Assembly: GCF_006345805.1 (NCBI RefSeq)
Contig: NC_043015.1
Coordinates: 39,432,001-39,496,000, forward strand
Direction: 5' to 3'
Origin: Octopus sinensis
Lineage: Eukaryota
DNA: 64,000 nucleotides
Below are positions 1 through 12,400 of the stretch, piece by piece. Within the stretch, counting starts at the first letter, position 1. Every line of letters begins with the position of its first letter. The position numbers and the translations under genes were made by a program. Under the pieces are notes generated by a model. That model was not told the DNA's origin, searched no databases, and saw only the letters and a list, made by a program, of their open reading frames with translations.

Positions 1-1824
1 GAAATATTTGCCTTCGTCATTATCATCATCATCGTTTAACTTCTGCCTTTCATACTAGCATGGGTGGGACAGTTTGATAAGAGCTGGCCAGGCAGAAGCC
101 TGAGCCAGACTTCTGCGACTGTTTTGGCAGGATTTTTACAGCTGGATGCCCTTCCTAACACCAACCACTTTACAGTGCTTTTTATGTGGCACAAGTGCAG
201 GTGAGGTCAGTTTTGGCAAAGTTTTTACAGCTGGATGCCCTTCCAAACACTAACCACTCAGCAGAGTGGACTTAGTGCTTTTTATGTGGCACAAAGATAG
301 GTGAGATGAGTTTTGGCAAGGTTTTTACAGCTGGATGCCCTTCCAAACACCAACCACTTTACAGTGAGGACTGGATGGTTTTTAAGTGGTACCTGCATTG
401 ACAGGGTCACCAAGTACATGCAAGACAGAAAAAAGAGACAAAAATTTTCAAGAGGGAAGGGGGTATTGGAGGAGGTGATCTTGTGTTGGATGATGAAAAG
501 TTATAGGGAGACAGAGAGACCGAAACAGGTGTCTTGCTGTAGAGGAAGTACAAGGTTACCTGGCTGGGGAAGAGAGAGAGAGAGAGAGAGAGAGAGATCA
601 GGAATGAAGACAGAAACAGATGTGCTACCACAAAGGAAAAACATGCTTACCCAACCTGAAGAAAGTGCAGGAGAAGGTGAGAGAGAGTGGGTATCAGCTA
701 AAATGCTTTTCAGTTCAACATTCAGCAAAGGTGTTTTGAAAAGCTTAAATAAAAACATGAAAAACATTCGAGTGAGGTCGTTGCCAGTGGCTCCTGTGCA
801 GGTGGCACATAAAAGCACCCACTACACTCTCGGAATGGTTGGCGTTAGGAATGGCATCCAGCTGTAGAAACTCTGCCAGATCAGATTGGAGCCTGGTGCA
901 GCCATCTGGTTCGCCAGTCCACAGTCAAATCGTCCAACCCATGCTAGCATGGAAAGCGGATGTTAAACGATGATGATGATAATATTTTGGTCGATTGGTG
1001 TGGTGGGGAGAGTGTTGCCTAGAGCTTGTTTAGACTTTCATTGACTTTGCTGGTCAGTGAGTATGGTTTTTGTGTTGGTGCATTGAGGTTGTGGGCAGAA
1101 CAGAAACAGTTTTGCCAATAAAGGGTTCGAAAGTTGCAGAGCAAGGCAGTAGTTAAGATGTAGAGGTGGTGCCATTCAGATTAGTAGAGGAAAAGTGAAA
1201 GATCTCAGTAGGAGCAGAGAGTGAACCCAGTCCTATATTGGTCTCACATTTTGGCACAAGGCCAGCAATTTGGGGGTAGGGTTGAAACCAATTACATCGA
1301 CCAGAGTGTTCAACTGGTACTTATTTTATTGACCCTAAAAAGATGAAAGCAGTCGACCATGGCAGAATTTGAACTCAGAATGTAAAGGCGGACAAAAACA
1401 CACGATCTAGTATTGGATCAGTGTGTGAAGGACAACTTTTTCCTGTGTGTTGGGCAGCATTGGCACACTTAATGGAGAATCAGTTGTGATTTCAAATCGT
1501 GCAGCAGCTGTTGTTACCGTTAGTGTGGGTGGCCATATCTGGCTATAAGACACTAATCTGTCACTTTATTTTCGTGTCCAGCTGTGCCTCTCTGCCTCCC
1601 TACTGCCATACTTTTTCGTATCTCATTAATTAGGTTAAGTGATGGTTGTAATTATATCTTAGTCTCTAATTTTAGTCTTTTCATTCATCATCATCTACAA
1701 CAGACACGTGTGAACAATCATCATTATCATCATAGCAACAGTATTTGTTTTCTAAATTTAATGTGAGTGTTGTACAGTGTTTCAGTTTTCTAACCCTTCC
1801 ATCCTGACCCACCACACATCAACC

Positions 1825-1871
<47 letters not shown>

Positions 1872-2650
1872 AAGTCCAATACTCTGTCATTTCACCTCTC
1901 ATCTCTGACCTTCCTTGCTCTGTTTCTTGCCATCTAAAACACTCAATGATGTCAACATTTCTTTACCCCAAACACATCCTCTGTCCAGCAATCAATGCTA
2001 AAGATGTTTCCTAAAACAACATCTCCAAAAACTGCACCAGTGACTCTCAAACGATTTCCGTCATTGCCCTGACGCGATGCGATTTAAACCCCTCATTAAT
2101 TCAACCACTAAACTGTTATTGTCGTTCACAGCTTTTCCTGTCTTTGCCCTATTCTCTCTCCTATTGGTGTCACTATTATAATTTCTAGTCTTGTTGCTGT
2201 GTGCTGTTGAACCAAACTGATATTGCTGTCATTGTTAAAATGCCAACCAAACTCAGCCCTCCCTCCATGTCACACACATCAAAATTAGTAACTGTACGCA
2301 CTGCTAATTGTTAGTTTCTATTAACAGCGATAATAAAGAGGAAATTTAGGATATCGACATTGTAAACCAATCTACCTCAGTTACATTTTCTGCCTTGGAC
2401 TAACTCCACTGTTTTTTGATGAAAAGGAATTTATTTCATTTCGCCCGACACAAGTGTGGCTTGCATTTCGTATTAACTGGAGTAACTTCTGTTTCGTATT
2501 AACCGCCCCAAATGGGGCCCATGCTTCAATTTGACCAACGCCACTATTGTATATCAGCCTTATTTTAGCTAATCATGTGGCCCCTTGACAATTCCTTCTC
2601 AGAATTTCAGGAGTTTATCTTCCTCTCTGTGAGTATTTCACTTCTCATCA

Positions 2651-2682
<32 letters not shown>

Positions 2683-3542
2683 GTCTGGTTTTGTTCCTTG
2701 TCTGTAGCGGAAGCAGGAATGGTCAGTCCAGCTTAATCTCACATCTACAACATTCTTTACACACATCTAAATCAACCATCTCCTCCATGTCTTGGCCCCT
2801 TTGCTTTGCCTCCTCCAGTATCAACTTGTTCCCTAAATCCACACATATGCATCTCTCTCTCTCCATACATATATATATAAAACAAATTAATAAATAAAAT
2901 AAAACATATGCATATATACATACATATATGTACGTACCTACTTCTACATGTATATATACATGTATATATGGGTACAGGACACCAAAAAAACGTCGAACAC
3001 AATGAGAAACGAAAACATAAACACAAAACCAAGGAACGGACATTTTTCTTAAACAACAAAAAAATAGAGTACAGGACATACAACACAAGGAACATTCCCC
3101 TTCTTCAGTCGCCTCTGTTTCATCTACTCAGCGTTCTTTAAAAAAAAAATTTAGGGTCCTGTGCCTAGATTAGAAAAGATTATTCTGATTTAGTTAATTT
3201 TGTCAAGCTCCCTTTTCAATTTGTAAGACAGAAAATGAAATGTAATAAAATGTTTTAAAAGAAATTTAAAGTGCCTACGTGATAACTGTAAACCTACTTT
3301 TGGGCCACCCTGTATATTTGTGTGTGCGTGTTTGTCCCACCACTTGGCACCCGGTGTCGGTGTGTTTATGTCCTCATGACTTAGCAGTTTGGAAACAGAC
3401 TGGTAGAGTGAGTGCCATGCCTAGAAAGAAGATAATTGGCTAGGGTTGATCTATTTGGCTAAAATTCTTCAAAGCAGTGCTCCAGCATGGCCACAATCTA
3501 ATGACTGAAACAAGGGAAAGATAAGGATATACATACATACAT

Positions 3543-3577
<35 letters not shown>

Positions 3578-3603
3578 AACACACATTAGTGTTTTACAGC
3601 TGA

Positions 3604-3875
3604 ATGGTCTCTCTTTCTCTCTTCCCCCTTCTCTTTCTCTCTCTCCTCTCTCCCTTCCCCCTCTCTTTCTCTCTCCCATCTCTTTCTCTTCCCTTTCCCT
3701 CTCTCTCTTCCCACCTCTCTTCCCCCTCTCTCTCTTCCCTTATATCTCTCTTCCTCTCTCTTTCCCCTTATCTCTCTCTTCCTCTCTCCCCTCCCTCTCT
3801 CTTCCCTTATCTCTTACCCTCTCTTCTCCCCTCTCTTCCCTTCTCCCCTTCTCTCTTCCCTGCCCCCCCCCCCCA
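3604..3875. repeat. CT-rich low-complexity tract
   Basis: Near-pure pyrimidine run; similar tracts at 31270-31700. Confidence 0.9.
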
Positions 3876-4507
3876 CAACTGTCCCTTATGTCCCAGGTGT
3901 TAGAAACTTCTCCATTCACTCAGATCAGATCATAATCAAACTGTTTGATTTAGAGCAGACTTTAGCAATGACTTTGGCCTGGTCTCAATTAATGTCCACA
4001 CACACCACATCAGTCAGCCAGCTCTCATCATCATCATCATCACCACCACCACCATCTCAGTCTTGTTTAGTTTTCCTGCAGCCATTTCTTTGACAGAATT
4101 CTGGTGCTTTAACCAAGGTTTCTTTTAAAGCAAACAAAATGTCTCTCTCTCTCATCTCCTGCAGGAAGTTTGCTCAACAATTGAATGAAATTTCTTGATA
4201 GGAAATCTCGAAAGATAAACTAAATCTCCGGCAAAGCTCAGTTGTAAATTCTGTTTGTGGATGTGGGTAAAGATATATATTATCAACAGAGATAAGGATT
4301 ACCAACAATTAACGAGTCAGAACCTGTGAGATAGCGAACGGTGGAGGGCAGAATAAATATTGTATTATCACTTTCTTTCATAGTGAACAGGGCAAGGTTC
4401 TTCATTCGATTGTGTAATGTCGGTTGACAAAGTTCTGTCTGTGATATCCGCTAATGTCCTGCGTCTCAGGATTAGAAAAATCTTGCTTATAAATGTAACC
4501 GTTGATT

Positions 4508-4596
4508 ATGTCAGGAGATTATACCAAAATAAGGGTATTTGCTACTCGTAATGCCTACTGCCAAAAACTAAGGAGTCAATCAGACAGCTTTTATTG
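4508..4596 (+). CDS. RUBCN: Tentative first coding exon of Rubicon (MSGDYTKIRVFATRNAYCQKLRSQSDSFY-W)
   Basis: ATG at 4508, open frame to a GTATGT donor at 4597 in phase 2, matching the phase-2 acceptor at 9340. No recognisable homology; the true start may lie elsewhere or upstream of the window. Confidence 0.35.
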
Positions 4597-5735
4597 GTAT
4601 GTACCCTCTCTATCTCTCTTTGTAAACTCGATAATTCTTATCCATACCCTCTTGTCTTCTTCTTATTGGTATGTACTCTTTGAGAACTTGGTGATTCCTA
4701 TAAATGTCCTCTCCTTGTCTTATTTTCTATATATTTCTACCGTTTTGGCCCCTTGGCAGTTTTATTCCTTCAACATTTACCACAGAAAACCAAACAAAAA
4801 ACAAAACAAAACAACTGTGGGGGGGGGGGGTTGATTCGTTATGTATCTTTCACAGCTAATAATGTTTCGGTTGTTGTTGTTGTTTAACACCAGGTCAGTT
4901 CTAACAGAGCAGATAGGCCTTGAGAAAGATTTGCTGCTATTTCCAGCAGGTCGAAAGATCCTCTCTTGAGACTTCTTCATGTGTTTATTATGTTAATTAA
5001 GTTAGCCTTTGTTCGTTAACTTGTTTTGTTAATTATCTTGTACTAATTTTTTAAAGCTTTCCACTCTCGTGATCTCTCTGCAAACTTCCGACATCAATGA
5101 ATTGTCACTTTTGCCTTTTATGGTATGTTGTTGTTGTTGTTTAACCCAAGGTCACTTCTAATCCACCAAACCTATGATTTAAAAACATTCCAGTATGACC
5201 ATCCTGTCTATTTGTACATCCAGCATTACATTGTCCAGAGTGACTGTGTTTTTTGTTTTTTTGTAAGAGAGTAGGGTGTGATTTGAGGGAGATTTAGCTG
5301 CTAATTTTAGCAGGTTGAGAAATTGTATATAGGTTATTCATTGACGTGTTTGTTATGGTTATGTAAACTGACTCAACCTAAAAACATTTCATTACTAAAA
5401 AATCACAGCCCTTGATGCCATTAATTTCCCACCAAACCTTCACAATTTCCCACCAAATCTTCATTAATTCCCCACCATATCTTCGTTATTTCGCCCCAAA
5501 ATCCTCATTATTTCCCCCCCCCACCACCAAATCTTCATTTTTTTTCCCCATCAAACTTCCATGAATTACCCCAAAACCTCTATTTCTTTTTTCATAATTT
5601 ATTAGAATTATAACTGAATGGAATCCTGGAACCGACTTTGGTCACAATTGACCTTTCTTATTGTTTGGTGTTAGGTTGTTTTCATTCATTAGTAAAAAGT
5701 TGGTTAAGTTTCACCATTATTTCAAACTTCACATT

Positions 5736-5739
<4 letters not shown>

Positions 5740-5783
<44 letters not shown>

Positions 5784-6089
5784 ATGTGTTTATATTCCTA
5801 TACCACACACCACATACGCCCTTCTCCCACACATGCATGTGTGCACACACATACCTCCACACACAACCTTCCAAACACAACATATGAACATACATGTACA
5901 TACACTCACTTGCAGACACACATCCCCACATGCATACATGTACACACACACACACACACATATACATCTAAAGAGAAAGTGACAGAGAGAGAAACACACC
6001 CATACACATGTGCGCACACAAACATACTCATTCCCACCCCATCTGTGCACATATGCCAACACACACACAGCCTCCCCCCCACCCATTCA

Positions 6090-6133
<44 letters not shown>

Positions 6134-6600
6134 TATGTGTGTGCACATGTGTATGGGTGCATGTGTGTGTCTCTCTCTGTCACTCTCTTTCATCATCATC
6201 ATCATCATCATCATCGTTTAACATCCGCTTTCCATGCTGGCATGGGTTGGACGGTCTGACTGAGGGCTGGCGAGCCAGAAGGCTGCACCAGGCACCAATC
6301 TTTGTGTGTGTACATGTATGCATGTGGAGATGTGTGTGTGTGTGTGGTGTGTGGTAGTGTATGTACATGCATATGCATGTGTGTGTGTTGAGGTATATGT
6401 GCGTTCAGGTGTGTGTATGTGTGTGCATGAAAGGGAGAGGGATGAGGTGGGGTATGTCCGGGTGCGTTGGTGTAGCCAAAGGGGTGGGTATTATGTGTGC
6501 AGGCATGTGTGTGCACATGAGTGTGGGGGTGGCAGTGCGTATTTGTGTGCATGGGTGTGTATGTGGTATGTATGAACACTACATATATATATATTTGTAA
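5740..6600. repeat. Compound (TA)/(CA)/(TG)/(GA)/(CAT) microsatellite field
   Basis: Directly visible; source of many spurious ORFs. Confidence 0.9.
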
Positions 6601-6934
6601 ATATAAATACACATGTATATATTTGCATATTTGGATCAAATCATATCCAAAGCAGATACTATTTCGAGCCATGTTCTCTCTATAAAAACAAGAGAATTTT
6701 TTAAACTCCAGTCAGAAGCAAGACAGTTGCAGCATAGCTCCACTTTTGAAAACCAGAGAAATCTGTGGAACCAGTTAATCTTTAAAAATTTTTAAATAAA
6801 AAATCTAAACAAATCCCAGTGCATTTTCAACTTCTAAAAAAAAAATATATATATATATATATATATTTGCCATGATAGATTGCTAGCCACTAAACCTTTT
6901 TTTATTTTCTTTCTCTGCTTATTTCCTCGTGTTC

Positions 6935-6970
6935 CTTTCTGTTGAAGAGCGTAGGCTCGAAACGTAAAAG
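6935..6970 (+). ncRNA. Degenerate Penelope-type hammerhead motif
   Basis: CTTT-CTGTTGA-A-GAGC(GTAG)GCTC-GAAA-CG-TA-AAAG. Confidence 0.5.
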
Positions 6971-7110
6971 ACTTTTTCTATTCCTGAGTCACTAAACTAA
7001 TACATGTGTTTGTTGTTTACACACCCTTCTTCGTCTTTTGTTTTGTTTATTTTTTTTTTTTTGTAAATTCCAACTATATATATAAATACTTAGGATGCTA
7101 AAATAAGAAT

Positions 7111-7460
7111 AACAAGAGCACTCAGAGAGTGCAAACCTCTGCCAAGGCATCACCAACTCCCTCTCGACAATTAGCCAGAGATGATTTTTAAAATGAGAAT
7201 ATCTGAAATAAACTCGACTGCTCTCACAAACGAGAATACCAAAGTTGAACATGACCATTCTCAAAAATTAAGACAAAAAACAGAAAAACAATTCAGTACT
7301 GGATCGATCCCAAAATCTAATCAGTTTGTGCCAGTCATGTGGCCAAGCATCCTTGAAAGTTTCATCTGAATCCATCCAGTGGTTTTTGAGATATCTTGTC
7401 CACGGACAAACAAACACAACTGAAAACAATACCTCTGCCTTCAGTAAGGCTGAGCTGCTA
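7111..7460 (+). mobile_element. Helentron/DINE-1-like non-autonomous element
   Basis: Starts AACAAGAGCACTCAGAGAG, ends with CCTCTGCCT..AGGCTGAG hairpin; second partial copy at about 8875-9160. Confidence 0.55.
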
Positions 7461-9339
7461 ATAATAAAGCTGAAGTGAAGACTGAGTACATAGTGCATGT
7501 GGTTATTTGGCAAAAAAGAGAAAAACAAAAAAATGGCCATCCCCAAATAAAACCTTGTTTTTTTAGACATTTTGCTATCTTCTAGAATATTTCTTTTGAT
7601 ATTAGTTTTTGTCTCATTAAAACAATTAGGACTCATTTGAGATCAGCTGTGTACTGTCCTGGCCTTGAACCTTCTTTTTCTTTGTACCTGCAATCAACAG
7701 CAGCAGCAGCAGTCGTTGATAAAGCAATTTAATTAATTGCCAATCTCAGATGTAAAATGATTTTTAGAGACTGACTTATTCCCGGGACCCCAATGGCCTT
7801 TTGTGTAATTCCAACCCCACCGGCCCCCTGAAGGTTAATAATAATCCTTTTTACTCTAGGCACAAGGCCTGAGATTTTAGGGTTGGGGGTCTAGACGATT
7901 GCAGTGACCCCTGTGAGTAACTGGTACTTATTTTATTGACCTCGAAAGGATGAAACACAAAATTAACCTCGGTGGAATTTGAACTCAGAACATAAAGACA
8001 GACAAAATGGTGGCACAAACCATTTTGTCCCGTGTGCCTATAATGGTGGCTGCACAACACAATTAAAAAGTTTGCCTTGTGGTGATGAGACCCTACACTT
8101 GATCCCGCTACCTGTCATCTTGGGCAAGTGTCTTTCACTACAGATTCAGGTCAACTCATGCCTTATGAGCGAAACCAGTGTGATGGAAACTGTGTAGAAT
8201 CCTGCTGGGTTGAATGTATCTGTAATTCATGCTGATGGAATATTCAACCATTTATATTATATGAAAATTCAGTGATTACTCCAGTTGATTGAACAACAGA
8301 TCACTCATGTGTCATGACTGACAGATGTTATACTTTCATCATATTGGTATTACAGTATTTCTCTCGTTAAAAACCAATTTCGGAAGTATGCCACTTGGAA
8401 GTCCTTCCAATATATTTTGGCAGAGTTTCAGTGTTTCTCCACCTTTGACATCTACCATTATAGATTAGTAATTACTTACATGTGTAGTCTACTAAAGTAT
8501 ATTATTAGTAAGTACCAATATGTGTATCTGTCACTATTCTCTCTCTTCCTCTCTCTCTCTCTCATAAATCTCCTTCATAGCAAACCCCTGCTTTATCTGG
8601 ATTTATTTTGCTCTCCAAACCCTTCTGATTTTCTTCAGTAACAACCTCTAACTCTAGATCAATTCGCTTATTTAATAAGGAAAAATCACTCTTCTATTTG
8701 ATGAGCCTCTTCCCCATACACCTAAAACTGTTGTAATAATGGTTATTCCACCAAAGAGTTTTGTACAAACACAAAGTGCAATAAAGAATTGTAGCAGGAT
8801 GTTTATACATAATGGTTTAATTAGTTATTCTAAGGTTACCTTACTGCCATGTCTTCTTGTTACGAACACACTGGATCCAGTGTGCAAACCTCTGCCAAGG
8901 CAACACCAATGTCCTCTCAACGATTAGTCAGAGATGATTTTTGAAATGAGAATATCTGAAATAAACTCAACTGCTCTCACAAATTAGAATACTAAAAACG
9001 AACCTGACCGCTCGCAAAAATTAAGTAAACAAACAGGATAAATAGTCCAGAATCCTTGTCCGGTACCGGATCGATCTAATCAGTTCATACCAGTCACAAG
9101 GACAAACATCCCTGAAAGTTTCATCTGAATCCATCGAGTGGTTCTTGAGATATCTGTCTTTACATTCTGAGTTCAAATTCCGCAGAGGTCGACTTTGTCT
9201 TACATCCTTTTGGGGTCGATAAATTAAGTACCAGTTGCTCACTGGGGTCAATCTAAAAGGCCTTCCAGTGTTAATCCCTCTCCTATTGTAGGAGGTTCAG
9301 TATAGCATCAATTAAATGTTTTGCTATTTTTGGTTTCAG

Positions 9340-9484
9340 GAATCAACACCATGAGTTACTGATGGGTTTAAAGTCTACAGTGGAAGGTTTACTGGCAACC
9401 CCAACCAGTAATGTTTGGAGTACATATGGTGGTTTATCCAGAATCTGTTACCATGTGGAGAAGATACTCAAGTTTCATCTTCTT
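9340..9484 (+). CDS. RUBCN: Rubicon exon, RUN domain start ([48 protein letters not shown])
   Basis: TTTCAG acceptor, GTAAGT donor, phase 2 to 0; Rubicon N-terminal motif. Confidence 0.95.
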
Positions 9485-12400
9485 GTAAGTATTATTTTTA
9501 ATATATTGTCGGTAGCATACTGCTCTTGTTTATCCTTGTGGCTTTCTAGCCTTAGATCCATTACCAGATCCAAATTATTAATGGAAGGATCAAGGATTCA
9601 GTCAGGGACATCCATGATAATGAAATCCATGACTCACGACTCCATGCCATCTGAAACAATCTTCAAATGTTAGCTAAAACTCACTCAGTCATCATCATGA
9701 TCGTTTAATGTCTGCTTTCCGTGCTAGCACAGATTGGACGGTTCAACTGGGGTCTGGAAAACCAGAAGGCTGCACCAGGCTCCAGTCTGATCTGGCAGTG
9801 TTTCTACTGCTGGATGCCCTTCCTAATGCCAACCACTCCGTGAGTGTAGTGGGTGCTTTTACATGCCACCAGCACAGGTGCCAGGGGAGGCTGGCAGCAG
9901 CCACGATCAGTTGGTGCTTTTTATGTGCCACCGGCACAGAAGCCAGTCAAGGCAGCGCTGGCATCGGCCACGTTCGGATGGTGCTTTATACATGCCACCG
10001 GTACAGGTATCACTACTACAATTTCCATATGTTTATTAATTCCTCTGCAACACCTTGTTTTTCTTTTTGGGGAGGTGGTCACTATCACAATAAAGTTGCC
10101 TTTTCTTATTTAAAGAATGATACATTTAATGCTAATAAGGGTCCGATAATGGTAATTTCCTTCCCACAAAGCATTGTTAAGGTCCATATTGTTTCCCCTG
10201 AAGCTGCAGATTTATTGTCATTAAAGTTTGCACAAAGATAAACTGTCACATAGAAAATGTTAATTTTTTAATTACTTGAAATATTTGTCATTATTTCTAA
10301 GTTTTTACTTTGGTGAAATTTTAGTACAAAGGAAAAAGTCCCACAAGTTGGTACAGACTGTGGTCCTTAGTCATCATACTTCTGTTTGGTGGAATAATTT
10401 GACAAATTCTCATTTTCAACACAGAATTGTTGAAGTATTCTATCAGATTTTACTGATCCTTTGATCTTATTGATTATGTTTACTGCAATCTGCAGTGGCT
10501 GATACTGATCTGGATTGAGGTGCTTCACAAGATGTTGCTGGGGAATTATGCATTGAATCACAATGGTATTAGGAACCTTTTTTTTTTAATATATGAAACT
10601 TTGATATCAACCAACCATGACAGCACCTCCATCATTTGTAAAAGAGATAACAATAGTAATGAGAATATTGTGTGAAGGCACATGGCTCAGTGGTTAGAGC
10701 ATTGGCCTCACAATCATGAGGTTATGAGTTCAAATCCCAGACCGGGCTCTGTGTTGTGTTCTTGAGCAAAACACTTTATTTCATGTTGCTCCAGTTCACT
10801 CACCTGTAGAAATGAGTTGTGATGTCACAGGTGCCGAGCTGTATCGACCTTTGTCTTTCCCTTGGATAACAACATTTGAGCATGGTCATTGCCAGTGGCG
10901 CCGGACCAGCTCGCGTACAGGTAGCATGTAAAAAACACCTTTTGAGTGTGGTCATTGCTAGAACCACCTGACTGGCCCTCGAGCCGGTGGCATGTAAAAG
11001 CACCCACTACACTCTCAGAGTGGTTGGCATTAGGAAAGGCATCCAGCTGATCAGATTGGAGCCTGGTGCAGCCTTCTGGCTTGCCAGTCCTTGGTCAAAC
11101 CGTCCAACCCATGCCAGCATGGAAAACAGACATTAAACGATGACGATGATGATGAACTGAACTTTTACATCATTTGCTGTTTTATCGATCCTACTTTTGA
11201 TAGACACTTTTATTCCTCTCCATTAACAAAACCCCACCCGCCATGGCTACCACCAATGACCTACTCACAGCATATTATGGTTTCTTATTTTTGGCAACCA
11301 ATGCTGATGTATTGTATAATGGCATCAGACCATTGAAAGCAGATTGGTTCATGTTGGCAAACATCAACATAAATGGGTTTCTTTTCCCAAAACTCTTTTA
11401 TCTTGCGGTTCATAAAATATTCAAATGGCTTCTTTTTTTTTTTTCCTTATTTTTTTGGTTACTATTGAAGTTTGGTCATGCAGTCTAGTAGTATTCGTAG
11501 TGATATTTTATAATATCCACCAATATCCACTTAAATAATATTTGTCAGAAGATAAGGATCAGTCAAATTGAAGGAATTCTGATGACAAACTTCTTGAAAT
11601 ATTGTGGGAAAAATATTTCAATAGTCACCAATTGTACATTTATACAGACCCCTTTTATCACGGTTGTGTATGTTACAACTTAAATTCAAGCAGACACGTC
11701 TAAAGAATGAAAAAAAAAAGATGTACCGTTGTGTATACAGTAGTAAGCCACTTGTTTCTCGCACCAATAACATACCAATTCTCATTAGTTGACCCTATTA
11801 TGACATTCTGCTGTATTGTCCTAACTTGCTGTGATGGATTTTAGTGAATCAGTCTAACATTGGTAATCTCTTATTTGTGTCAAATTGTGCAACCACCAAT
11901 TGCTCCAGCAAGGCTTGATACCCATTCAGCTCAATGAAAAAGCAAGAATGTGTGTGTGTGGCGGGGAGGCTGGCAAATGTCCATTGCAGCCAATCAAATG
12001 CCCACTGGTCGTTGTTTGCACTCAGATCAGTGACCACTGGTCTATAGTGGACTGTCTCCGTTGTGGCTGATTGCTTTCCAGAAGTAATGAGGCTGTCACT
12101 GTCTTCAATGTGCTCTGGGGTCATGTCTTTCTACCAATGTTGCTGAAGCTTCCATTCTTACCACTCATGGACAAATTGTGGTCTGTGGAACTTTCAGAAC
12201 GACATTTCTAATGAAAATTATTTAAAGTTTTTTTTTTTGGAAAGGTGGCTTTCTTGGTGTTGAGCCATGTTTCATGCGGCCCACTTCTTGATAACCCGTG
12301 TTTCATGTGGCCCACTTCTTGATGATGAGCCATGTTTCATGCGGCCCACTTCTTGATGACGAGCCATGTTTCATGTGGCCCACTTCTTGATAACCTGTGT

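Noticed and set aside
313-867. 184-aa ORF as a gene
   Set aside because: Made of repeat-family sequence and a (GA)n tract; the ORFs at 9708 and 32143-32468 are likewise read from the RTE-tail repeat.
2569-2628. Exon-like segment with ATG (MWPLDNSFSEFQEFIFLS) and GTGAGT donor as Rubicon start
   Set aside because: Ends in phase 0 while the 9340 exon needs phase 2; could at most be a UTR exon.
5638-6672. Many overlapping ORFs of 75-153 aa
   Set aside because: Translations of (CA)/(TG)/(TA) microsatellites; the same applies to the ORFs at 3604, 21019-21851, 33922-34300, 36092, 41516-41900 and 57661-58109.
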